Positions 53,136 through 64,000 of a stretch of 64,000 nt of DNA are shown here, piece by piece. Both the position numbers and the translations under genes were made by a program. The stretch is taken from positions 44,082,001 through 44,146,000 of the forward strand of contig NC_079170.1 in the NCBI RefSeq assembly GCF_947568905.1. Direction: 5' to 3'. The notes under the pieces were generated by a model. The model saw nothing but the letters and a program-made list of their open reading frames with translations, ran no database searches and had not been told where the DNA came from. The stretch is from Ostrea edulis. Lineage: Eukaryota. Each line of letters opens with the position of its first letter. The first letter of the stretch is position 1.

Positions 53136-53877
53136 TTTGTTTGTACGCCTATATTGTTTTACGTCTGATTTGAACAGGTTTCATAATTTAGAAAAGTCAT
53201 GAGCTTTGAATGAAGCACAAAATATGTTGATCTCTGACTGGTGCTTAAGGCCCTGGCAGCGGTGGGTTTTTTTATCATACCAAAACCTTCATTTGCTTGA
53301 CATGTCTATTCTAAAGGTCATATTCGAAAGTCCTAAATGGATTTCCGAACATTTTGTTTATAAATCAAATGAAATGTCATAACATGGCATGGGGTTTTGG
53401 GTGAATTGGCTTATAATTATATTCCAAATGAATTTGAAATATATGTCATGTTCTGGGGTTTATCCCTAAGACAAGTAATTACTTTACCAATTGAAATATA
53501 ATGTAGCTATGCGTGTTACTTCCCAACTGTGTCGTAAATGAAATTGCCTATCATCAAGTAAAACATTTACGTACTTTTGCATGGATAGAAAACTTAAGTA
53601 GAATTGGCTATGTGACAATCAGGAAACGTTCATTAAATCATTTTTTTGTAAATAAATATGCCTCGAAAAATTATTGTGATTTTGTACAATTTCCTTTTAT
53701 GTTAAAATCACAAAGTATGCAGGACATACATGATGATTTTACAAGGAGAATCCTCATGGACCAACACGTTTTCGCTGTGTATATATATACACATTTCCCT
53801 ATTTATTGCATATTAAGAACTTTTTTATCTATCATTCAATTGCATATTTTGTAAAGTCCCAATTCGAGGTAAGATTA

Positions 53878-53920
<43 letters not shown>

Positions 53921-54374
53921 ATATCTTGATATATTTTCCCTTTATACACCCCAGCTAGCATAGAGACTAGGATCTTAAGTGATAAGTAAGATTTACCTGC
54001 ATTGATTTTAAATCGTTTGAACATGCATGTATATATATTTGTAGGAAGGAAGAGGTAAATGCCGTATTATACAGTCTGTGCTATGTGTATGCTATATATC
54101 ACAATAATGACCAATGATGGTATTCTGCATATGGCAATACATTTCTTAACAGTTCTGAATTGCTCGCGAATTTCTCTGAATTTCATTTTAAGATATCGTT
54201 ATCTAAATGCAACGTTGGTTTGTGTTTAAAGAACATCAATGTTTCACACATAATTAAATTACACCTATTTCAAACTACATCATGAATTTTGTTTGAAAGA
54301 AAACCGCATTTCAGCTCTTTTGGGGAAGGGGCTATTTTCTTAACGTCTCGTTCATTTTTCACACAAGTAAAGAC

Positions 54375-54625
54375 GTCGTCAGATTTAGGTGATGCACCAC
54401 AATTTGTGACGTATACATGGCGCTCAGGGCCGTAACAATAAGCGTTCGTGAAACATCGTGCTGACTTGTCATCTCTACTCTTAAGGTCAAATCCGAAAGC
54501 ATAATGACTTTCACTTCTAAGTCCGAGCGCTTAGCGAAGGAATAGCTACTACCTATGTTAAAATCATAATTTGATGCGACTCCGGGTGACTATTGTGGAG
54601 AACGCCCTAACCACTGGGGAACCGC
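54375..54625 (-). mobile_element. Degenerate SINE copy
   Basis: AAGACGTCGTCAG...GGCGCTCAGGGCC...CCGAGCGCTTAGCGAAGGAATAGCTACTACCTATG colinear with the 28.7-kb and 44.3-kb copies; A-box-like CAGTGGTTAGGGCG on the minus strand. Confidence 0.55.
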
Positions 54626-57600
54626 ATCGGGAATTTTTATCTCTGTGTCACTTGACTTATCTTGAACATAAAATTTGCCTATGTTTGATGTTCATAGGAG
54701 CTACGTCACCAGAAGCATGTCATATTCACCTGCTGTTCCGATAGTTCCGCATTGTTTCGGAGCAGATGTTACAATATTGCTCAGCAGGCAATCCCTATTT
54801 GGTTTATTACGTGAATGGTTACAGCCACAGAGTTTGCTTTTCCGTAAAGAATTGAAGAATGCTGTATGATACCAAAATGTCGAAGATAAACTGTGTTACT
54901 TGAATAATAAAATGTTTTCCTTGGTTTCGAATGTGGGAAACGAGGGTTGTAAACATTGCAGTTTTTTTGTTTGTTTGTTTTTTTGGCAATGTTTGCGACC
55001 TTCATTTCGCTATTTTTCCTGACTTAGGGTTTAAGTCCTACTCGTGGTGGGGAGATATACCTAATTTTCTGAAACTACAATACATATGTAAATACATGTA
55101 TATACATGTATATTCTCCTGAACATCTCGCGGACAAACTGTAAACATTGGTTTATGTCACACAAAACTGCCTTTAGTTGATATATCGACTCACGTGACTG
55201 ACTTTTCGTACATTCGTTGTATTAGAAATATGAATTACACATGTCAATATTCATTTAGACTGTATTCTTATTGATGATTCTACCTTCTCTGGAACGTAAC
55301 CTGAGAATAGATTTAAGTTTAAATTTCGAATGTTATTAACTTCTGAAATGATTTTCATAAACAAATAAAATTATCCGTATTTGTTGGTAATTGATTTGTT
55401 TATAAACCAGTAGTTTTTTTTCTAATATCTGTGCGAGATAAATCTCACGATATCAGTAGTCAAATCTTGACTTAAGTCTTTTCTCAGTTTATGGTCTTGA
55501 GGCCTGGACTGAGAGTGCATTACACAACCCAAGCAGGATATAGCTGTGCAACTTTTGATAGGGAAAATGCGTTTAATTCACAGAGTTATGTTAAGTGGGT
55601 ATGCACTGCTCTTGACATTCCTTATCATAGGTCAATACATGCGCATGCACATGTTGTAACTCTCAACAGCTTATCTTGCTGTTTTGTCACAACTGTTTCA
55701 GTTTCATATGCGTGAATCACTGCATTATTATCTTGACCGACTGAGAACCTGGGAATGAAACTATAAAGGTAGGCAATATATCTCCTCCAATCCTCTTTTG
55801 TAATGATGAATTAAAAGATTGCATTATGAAATAATAGTAATTTGTCCTTGTACATTTAAGTAGATAATTGATTTACCCTAGTTTGATATTCCTACAGGGT
55901 TACGTAAGAGTTTTAAAACAGTTTTTTTACGAGTAAGCATGGGCTTCTATGTCAAGTTGAAAGAACATCTGCACGTCTTCATTGAGAAATGAAAACAATA
56001 AATTTGTAAAGGTTTATTAAAGACAAAATATATGCAAATACATGTAGATATATTCCGTATCAATCATGTAAATACATGCACTTCCTGTATTTGTATATTT
56101 ATATCCAAGGGAAATAATGTCCATATAATTTATATTTAACGGATTCGTTATGACGCCGATACAAATGCAAATTATTAACAAAAGATTAACCATTCTCTCT
56201 ATGGATTGGAACTTTTTCGTAAGCATGGTCAGAATTTTCATCAAACTTTACTGGGCGATAGGAACACTATGTCACGGCATGTAGGTTCTACGTACCTTCG
56301 TTGTTATGACAGCGGTAGAAAATAATGGTGTCTGTAAGTTTTATTACCATTATCATTTTTTTTTTTGCTTGAACACAATATCCAGTTTCACTGCAACATA
56401 GACTGTCGTTGACAATCAGAACCTGAAATCTAATACTTTGTTTCAGAAAAAAACAATTAAAACCCGTTTTGGAAAGATGATTGTAACAGCTTATATGCAT
56501 AAAGTCGGACATAGATTCACAAAAACTTCTAAACAGACAAATGGCTGTGGTATTTACAAAGATCCATACCATAATATATTTTAAAACTCAATCTATAGAG
56601 GTTGTTGCGTGTTCAGGATGTCCATTTTGATTCCAAATCACGATCAACACACCAGAGTCGATGAATATCTAACATCTTTTCCCTCGCCAACTTATTGGCA
56701 ATATAAGTGAGAATTCCGATGAAATAGTAAGATACACGATTCTATATCCTGGTAGATGTTGCCATGTTATAGGCCATATTTGTTAAACGACCAATGTCGT
56801 CTATCAAAGGTCAATATCTATGACACTTCATGGAAAGCTGCAAGTGTTTATCTATGGCTGTTATTGTTACGTAACTTTTATCACAAATTGTCGTTATTAC
56901 TCGGTATTGTGAATTTATAGTCTACTCCATTTATATTTATGTTCCTTTTATTATATTTTGTTGTATTAAGTAAAATTAATCTTCATTATCACTGTTTATA
57001 TAGTTCAACATCTGTTGTATATGAACATCTTAATTTGATATATCCGGAGTAGACTGAACATGTATTGACCTTAATCTAGTAAAGGTAAATTGTTGACTGA
57101 TATATCAATTCACTGATTCATGTTGATGTGGTAATAAATGATTATACAGGTCGACAGGGGATGCTTACTCCTCCTGATCCCGCCTCTTGTATATACAGGG
57201 CTCTCTATATGCCCTACGCTTAATTTTACATTCCTTATAAGAGTTAAGATAATGACCAATGATCGTTATCTTAACCTTTACATTTAACCACTGTAACTAG
57301 TTTTTGATAAATATAACTTATCAAAAATATGAATTAAGTCATTAGGTATTGTATAACAATAACAACTTTAGATATATAACGTGATTACAGTTAACAATGA
57401 CACCACCATCTTCGGTCTGTTAACAATGCCTCAAACTATTAAAAATCAGAGATACCATGCACAGTCGTATAACAAGTACCACTGAGACGGAGAATTCCTC
57501 CCAAAGGAATTCCAAAGTTGAAATCAGTCATTGCATTTTGAGTGATACTTTTATAATACAGTATGATTGTGGTATGATAATCGACTGTTTTGGAAGTTTT

Positions 57601-57714
57601 ATATCCACTGTTCGTTATCTTCACGTTTCATCCATAGATACAGCACTACTGAAATCATCGTTGTACATGATTTACACATTCGGATGCAAAAGTAGAATAT
57701 TCATATTCCTTTAC

Positions 57715-58400
57715 TAGATATGTAAATAGATACACAAACACACATAGGTACAGACACATATATGCATAAACAGAATTCCTACAGACAGGCAGACATACTT
57801 CAATCCATACATACAGGCAGACATACATATTTTCAGCCATACATACATATAAACATATACATGTAGGTACACATATGCGCATACACACATGTATACACAC
57901 GTACAAACAGACATGTATACATAAATACACACACATCGTGACACATGTATACATTCATATACACACATACATTACTGAAGAGACATTATTTGTCGAAATG
58001 CACATCTTGTGCATCAAAATTGGTAGCGTATAAGTTTTACCGTATGACCCCTGGGCCGAGGATGAAAATACGGATGTATATTTAGTTGCTGGGATAAAAT
58101 TTAGAAATTCATTTCAAAATTAAGGATTATCTCCCTCATGCATAGCTCTCATCCTTGTACGAATTTGGCTCCATTTTTTGGCACTCTAGTTTCATTTTAG
58201 CTCTCACAAGTTTATTGTTATTTCGAATTTCCAAAATGTTGGCTTGAGCATTACTGAAGAGACATTATTTGTCGAAATGCACATCTGGTGCATCAAAATT
58301 GGTACCGTATAAGTTTTACATACATACATACATACATTCATGCATACATACCTACACACCTACATACATACATACATACATATGCATAAAGATATATACA
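57715..58400. repeat. (CATA)n/(CA)n compound microsatellite interrupted by the retrozyme insertion
   Basis: ACATACAT-rich on both sides of 57972-58320. Confidence 0.8.
57972..58320 (+). mobile_element. Retrozyme-like repeat with internal deletion, two hammerhead motifs (C 57975, D 58254)
   Basis: CTGAAGA-GAC-ATTATTT-GTC-GAAA-TGCACA-TC twice, 279 nt apart; the CCTCTGCTGG...ACTAGC segment of the 352-nt unit is missing; flanked by (CATA)n/(CA)n. Confidence 0.8.
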
Positions 58401-58717
58401 CAACTGTGTGAAGGATGTACTCAATGAAACTACAGTTAGTGGTGTTATACGTTACTGTAGAAAGGCATACACTCGTTAAAAAAAGTACAAAGCCCAATCT
58501 CTCAACAAGTCCACACGTTGCAAAGCAAACAGAGTGAGGCACAATTTTGTGTTTGGAATCAATCTATATTACAAGACTAAGTTCGAAGAGAATCTGTGAC
58601 CAAGCGTGTCAAACTATATACCTGTAGTATCACAGAACATGACTGTTCATCAGATGTTCATAATATCTTCACCTTGTTTATTTTCAGGGCAGATTTTCGC
58701 CCACAATAATTGAAAGG

Positions 58718-61483
58718 ATGGCAAAGCACAGCATATCATTTACAGTAGCCTTACATCAAAAATGTAACAAAGTCACCATTGAGGAGGATGAAATTGAAAA
58801 ACCTTCTCCTACATTCTGTACAAGTCTTCATGCTGCAATATTGGATGGTAGCATTGATGCATGTCGACGAGAGGTACATAATGACAAGTCTATCATCAAT
58901 ACCTGTAATTCTAGAGGTGACTCGCCTCTTCATCTAGCCGTCCGATGGATTACACAGATGGGTGTGAAGTTGGCGGAAACTTTGATGTCGGCTGGAGCAA
59001 ACATTAACGTTCGGAACAAGTGGGGTCAAACACCGCTTCACTATGCCGTGTTCGTGGAATCCATTCACAATGTTAGTTGTCTTCTTGCACATCCGGGTAT
59101 TGATGTTAATGTAACAGATGTCAATGGTTATACGCCATTGCATTGCTGTTTTCGGTTTCAAAAAGACTCAGAGAAACATTTTCATCAAAGCACGGTTTTT
59201 CTAGATATTGCCGAAAAGCTGATAGATGCAGGTGCTGACACAAATGCACAAACCGAAATAGGAGACACTATTCTGCACCTTATTGCGAGGAGGTCTGATA
59301 ATACGCCGCTTTTACAGTTTTTCTTGAAAAAATACTCATCATTTATTTTGTTCAATAAAAACAAAAAAGGCGAGAATTTTTTGCATGTATATGCAACTGC
59401 TGAAATTTTCGAAAATGTCATGGAAACTATTGAATTCGTAGCAAAGAATAATTCTCACAATGTCGTTAAAACATTGCTTCGTGAGAGAAATATCAATGGA
59501 AGATCACCTTGGGAGCATATGGTCGATAGTGGGAATGTTGATGATAAATCGGTAACTCGTCTCATTGAATTTGGGGTTGATGTCTCTGTTTCAGATAATC
59601 TGAAAAATACTGCTTTACACAGGCTAGCAGGAGTTTCCTCTGCAATAGCATTTAACGATGTCCTAAATGTTCTAGTCAAAGAAAATGTTAACATCAATTT
59701 CAGAAATATATTTGGCGAGTCAGCTGTCTTTTTGCTTTTCTTGGAGAGTGTTTTTGAAGTATTGGTGAAATCAAATGCGGACTTCAATGCAAAAGATCGC
59801 TGGAACAGGTCACCTCTTATCTCCATCATGAAGCATAGACCCTTACCTGAATTGCTGAGGAGGCTTATCGTTGAAGGAAATGCAGATGTAAATGCGGTGG
59901 ATGAAACTGGATCCACTCCACTTCATTTTGCTGCTTGTCACAATTATGAAGAGCAAGTAGAACTTCTGCTGTGTCATGGTGCTAATATCTTTGCTGTAGA
60001 TCATTTAAACGACAGACCTATTCACACAGCTCAAAGGCATTGCAGCTTCCAATGCCACAGATTACTTGCCCTTAACGAAAGTCAAGAAATTCTTTATTCG
60101 CGTTCCAACTGCTTTGATTTGGAAAATATTCATCGACGCATTCCAGAGTGCATTCCGATTTCGGAAATAAGAACTAAAGAAAGCATACAGCGTTTAACGG
60201 GTCTTCCAGAAAATCGTTCTGAATATTTGAATTTTTTAATGGATGCTTATGGTAAGAGACAACCTGAGCATGAAAAAGAAGTTTTTCAGATTACGGAAGA
60301 AGTATCAAGACTTGTGCACAATCTGTGCAGATTTGTGGCGTCATACGATAAGCGATTCCAGATGACGGTGTTCCGAACGGGGTCTTCAGAAGAGGGAACT
60401 AAGGTTGGACCCCCGGATGAGTTCGATTTTGCCCTCTGTATCGGGGAACTGAGGAAAATAACACGTGTAGTGATGACCAAAGAATGTGTTAAGGAGGGAT
60501 ATGCATGCCTGAAGTTCAAGCAAAATCCTGTACCGAACGAGTATTTACAATTTTCAGATTGCGAAGGATATTTCCTTTCTATTCCATTTCTTAAACAGTA
60601 TCATACATATCTGAATAAAGCTTTAAACGAAGTATCATTGTGGACTGAAGGAAACATGTATTGCAAGTTTGAAGACAAAATGCATGTAATTCATGGAAAA
60701 CCAGTGTTCAACTTTGAAGTGTACTGGATTGGTTCTGTATATAAGCAACTCAAAATCAGCATTGACTTGGTTCCTGTTGTATATACCCTTGGCTGGTGGC
60801 CAAAAAATATTTATCCACCCGAAGTTCCAGAAATGGATGAAATGGTTCGACAGGCGGGTTGCTTTCTTATTCTTCAATCGAGAGTAAATGATTTTGATAC
60901 AAACAGTATCATAACTGATGATGACATCTTTGAGACATGTAACAACGATCGTAATAAGAAAACTAAAAGGATGTTGAGAGTATCAGCAGCCCCTGCAGAA
61001 ATAGCATTGATGAAAGTTTTACCCGATCCATTTCGGTCCGCTTACATCATTGCTAAACTAATGAAAAATAAAGACGTTTGTCCACAAATTGATATTGACA
61101 AGCTTCCAACAAAGATGTTATCCCTCTCAGAAAAATTTTCGAGGGAATTACCAATAAACCCTTCACGTGCAATAAAAAGCTATATGCTGAAAAACTGCAC
61201 CTTTTACCTTTGGCTTGAAATGCAGGCATCCTTAAAAGAGGGGGAAGTAAACAGCATGGAAATTGCTGCTCGCATATATGAGAGCCTTTTGAAGTTTACA
61301 AACGACCGCTTTTTGAGTCCGTTTTTTCTTCCGTACTCTGATGTATTTGAATTTGAAAAAGATGACCAAATGTCACCCTATAAGGAATTCTTGCTGCGAT
61401 TAAAAAGAGAGTTCAGCATTAAGACAATCCTGGGAATGTTAAACCACGATTTTCCCGAACATTGTTTGTCTTCTCCTGCATGA
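58718..61483 (+). CDS. Ankyrin-repeat cGAS-like receptor (ANK-cGLR / Mab-21 nucleotidyltransferase), paralogue 2, 921 aa
   Basis: Colinear with paralogue 1. Identical blocks: FRTGSSEEGTKVGPPDEFDFALCI, KQLKISIDLVPVVYT, RMLRVSAAPAEIALMK, IKSYMLKNCTFYLWLEM, PFFLPYSDVFEFEKD. Acceptor TTTTCAG at 58687 before the ATG. Confidence 0.92.
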   Translation: MAKHSISFTVALHQKCNKVTIEEDEIEKPSPTFCTSLHAAILDGSIDACRREVHNDKSIINTCNSRGDSPLHLAVRWITQMGVKLAETLMSAGANINVRNKWGQTPLHYAVFVESIHNVSCLLAHPGIDVNVTDVNGYTPLHCCFRFQKDSEKHFHQSTVFLDIAEKLIDAGADTNAQTEIGDTILHLIARRSDNTPLLQFFLKKYSSFILFNKNKKGENFLHVYATAEIFENVMETIEFVAKNNSHNVVKTLLRERNINGRSPWEHMVDSGNVDDKSVTRLIEFGVDVSVSDNLKNTALHRLAGVSSAIAFNDVLNVLVKENVNINFRNIFGESAVFLLFLESVFEVLVKSNADFNAKDRWNRSPLISIMKHRPLPELLRRLIVEGNADVNAVDETGSTPLHFAACHNYEEQVELLLCHGANIFAVDHLNDRPIHTAQRHCSFQCHRLLALNESQEILYSRSNCFDLENIHRRIPECIPISEIRTKESIQRLTGLPENRSEYLNFLMDAYGKRQPEHEKEVFQITEEVSRLVHNLCRFVASYDKRFQMTVFRTGSSEEGTKVGPPDEFDFALCIGELRKITRVVMTKECVKEGYACLKFKQNPVPNEYLQFSDCEGYFLSIPFLKQYHTYLNKALNEVSLWTEGNMYCKFEDKMHVIHGKPVFNFEVYWIGSVYKQLKISIDLVPVVYTLGWWPKNIYPPEVPEMDEMVRQAGCFLILQSRVNDFDTNSIITDDDIFETCNNDRNKKTKRMLRVSAAPAEIALMKVLPDPFRSAYIIAKLMKNKDVCPQIDIDKLPTKMLSLSEKFSRELPINPSRAIKSYMLKNCTFYLWLEMQASLKEGEVNSMEIAARIYESLLKFTNDRFLSPFFLPYSDVFEFEKDDQMSPYKEFLLRLKREFSIKTILGMLNHDFPEHCLSSPA

Positions 61484-63437
61484 AACTTATAACGTGAGGT
61501 GATCATACAGCTCGAAAGGCGCATGGATGAAGGAAAAGTTGAATGATTTAAGGGATGTTGACACTTTGTTTAAAATTTCCAGCAATAAAAGATGCGGATC
61601 CAGTTTAGAAGAAGCGTATAATGTTCGCACTACCCAACGTAAAATGAAATGTACCCTCTGCCAACTCTGAGTTTCATTTTTGTGCCATATAGTCAGGATG
61701 CTTCAAGTTTCAAGTTTTGAAAAAGTACATTTTTATGATATAGTTTCAGCCAAATGAATTTAATTTACTAATTTTGAAACATGAGTGACAAAACTACATA
61801 GTTCCTTATATCATATGGGATTCATAAGATAAGTCACTGTTTTTCCTGAAAAAGGTCAATAACTCTTCGTGTATCTTTCAATTTTGTCTTCAGATGTTTA
61901 TACATGTTGTCATAGAAATGAGTTTTTATTGTTGATTATGAATCAGTTTCTTATCATTTTTAGAGTTAACTACACTAATCATTTCTGGCTGATTTAGTTT
62001 CGTGTGTTCTCTTCATTCCCATATTTCATCGATATATTTCCTTAGTATTCGGCTCCCATTTCGTCATATGTGCAAAAATAAAGCTTCTCTATAAAGATAG
62101 TCTGAGGGATAACATGTAATTGTGATGAAGTTCTGTGGACCATTGTTATTTTAAATGGACTCAAATAATACATACACGAAGGATGTAATGTGCATTGAAT
62201 GAACTAATATAAAATGTGACTGCTATGCTTAAAATTAAATTACGATATTTTGTTTACATATACATGTGTTATTTTGAGGAATTCTGAAAAGACTATTTTA
62301 ACAATTTACAGGCAAGAAAGTCCGTTTAGAAAACAACTGTAGTCCAAAGTATTTTAAATGCCTACACCTTTCTAATGTTTTATAATCATCATTTTATTAA
62401 ATTTGGAAAGCACATGCTAAGGTATGACAGGTATTATCATTGAGAAGTACTGTTCTGTGTTCCCTTTTTGTTTTCTGTGAAATATATATCATTTTATCTC
62501 ATACGTGTGGTGTATATTGAAAGTGAGATAAAGCATTAGCTTTATCACACGCCCGTTTGATAAAGCACTTCCGGTCCGAACTACTTTTGACACTGTCCCC
62601 GCTTGTATGGCATATTTTCTGTGTTTATTTATATTGGTGCATGAAATAAAGCGTAAAACTTGTTATTCTGTATTTATTTGGAATTTCTTTTATAGCAAAA
62701 TTAAAATGATGTTGCCCCCCCCCCCCCCCCCGACATACAATGCAAGTTACCGGTCATAAAAATGCCAACTCGGTCAATAACTAATCAAAATTTCGATCAG
62801 AAAACAAAAATATGTGCACACTGTTATCATCAACAAGGAATCGACCGCCTACTGGACAAGCATAATCGAAAGTACCTCGACATGCTGCGGTACCAAGTAT
62901 TCTCTTTTTTCTGGAGCATATTGAATGTAACAAATCTCAACAGCTTTACTTACTATTTAAAGTGCCTCAGGATTTCCTCTCGCCCTCAGATCCAAAGAAA
63001 CTACGTAAATAAAATCCAAATGCACAAACGCTGCATTAAAATATTACTTTCATTGACAGTTGTAACGTTGCACATGTTTATTTCAAAATGACGACGACAT
63101 CAAACTTTTATCAGAAGGTCAGGCCTACGTCAAAAAATAAATACTCGGTCAATAGTTATTACTTTGTTAAAATGGCAAATCATTATTAATTATAAACTAT
63201 AATTCCTTCTAAAACAATTTTCATCCATGGTTTCTCTTATAAAAATGCCCTTTTGTACTGTGTATCAATGGATTATAAGCGAACTATTTTTTTCCCGCGT
63301 AAGGTAAACAGATTAAGCACGACGTCTGAGCAACGGATTCAAAACAAATTCAATCAGCTGTTTCTACCAGACTTGGGATCATCTCAAAATTAAGTGAAAA
63401 GAAGACGCATGAGATAAATAGAACATCTATAATTGCG

Positions 63438-63545
63438 TATTTTGATATTTGGTTTAGCCAACTCGTTGATATGGTGTATTTATTCGCTCGGCCTCGCGAA
63501 TAAATACACTATATCAACTCGTTGGATAAACCAAATATCAAAATA
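63438..63545. repeat. Near-perfect 108-bp palindrome (miniature foldback)
   Basis: TATTTTGATATTTGGTTTA.CCAAC..GTTGATAT.GTGTATTTATTCGC / GCGAATAAATACAC.ATATCAAC..GTTGG.TAAACCAAATATCAAAATA. Confidence 0.8.
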
Positions 63546-63803
63546 TAGATATCCTATATATATCTATTCGAATGAAGTAAAGATATACTCCTCTGTGTAT
63601 TGGAAAATCCACAATTTGTACCACCGCCTTCAAATGGGATAATACACTTATGACATTTCATCACATGGTTCCACATGAAACCTTCACACAATTCCGTCTG
63701 ATGAGACCAATCGACTTAACAGTCGTTTGGAATTCTCATGGGCACAAATTATGCTCCTTTGTTAGCAGACCTGTTTTTGTTTAAAGCAATGATTTATTAT
63801 TTC

Positions 63804-63908
63804 TTGAAAGATGTAGTCTCATAACTGCAACGGTGCGTGCATACAAATTGAACAACATGCGTTAGCGCGTTATGAACACCGTTGCAGTTATAAGACTACA
63901 TCTTTCAA
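63804..63908. repeat. Inverted repeat with ~32-bp arms
   Basis: TTGAAAGATGTAGTCTCATAACTGCAACGGTG / CACCGTTGCAGTTATAAGACTACATCTTTCAA. Confidence 0.8.
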
Positions 63909-64000
63909 AAAATAATTTATAGCTTACATTTGCATTTTCGAAACCTTTTTAATGTGTCCTTTTTTCATTTATATCTTAAATCTCCCGCCTAATTATTTGG

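Noticed and set aside
57655-57968. C/V/Y/M-rich ORFs
   Set aside because: Translations of the (CATA)/(CA) microsatellite; likewise the ORFs at 797, 17662, 17743 and 23954.
59455-59916. 153-aa antisense ORF, and similar ORFs at 49328, 50498, 50748, 58751-59421, 60286-60887, 30129, 31194
   Set aside because: Shadow frames of the real cGLR and OTOP genes; no independent motifs.
48909-61483. Bacterial CBASS/CD-NTase contamination or recent horizontal transfer
   Set aside because: Spliceosomal acceptors precede both ATGs, the flanks carry the same eukaryotic repeats as the rest of the window, there is no operon, and the proteins have a metazoan-type Mab-21 C-lobe.
63695-63735. Possible hammerhead at CTGATGAGAC...GTC
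   Set aside because: GTC is followed by GTTT rather than GAAA, and no helix I/III with an NUH triplet can be formed.

Overview
AT-rich eukaryotic DNA with spliceosomal genes. The repeat repertoire suggests a bivalve, probably an oyster (inference). Five protein-coding genes are supported: (1) a 4-exon, ~135-aa Cys-rich single-pass membrane protein with a PPxY tail (11491-17176, +), which the ORF track misses; (2) an otopetrin-family proton channel (main exon 30158-31626, +); (3) a complete 13-exon TTC38 with one GC-AG intron (33327-43182, -); (4-5) two tandem, coding-intronless ankyrin-repeat + cGAS-like (cGLR/Mab-21) nucleotidyltransferase paralogues with intact catalytic triads (48909-51692 and 58718-61483, +). 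The intergenic and intronic DNA holds a decayed Ty3/Gypsy element with nested insertions, about 17 Penelope-like 3' ends plus one RT remnant, tRNA-derived SINEs, TTAA-flanked Kolobok-type elements, palindromic MITEs and a 61-bp tandem array. The most unusual signal is a ~350-bp repeat family carrying a minimal type I hammerhead ribozyme with a palindromic helix III (CTGAAGA-GAC-loop-GTC-GAAA-TGCGCA-TC). There are six motifs at four loci. An intact tandem pair 352 nt apart (32349-32866) fits a non-LTR retrozyme that could yield a ~352-nt circular RNA. A second pair lies in sense just upstream of the second cGLR. All coordinates were read by eye; no searches or folding programs were run.
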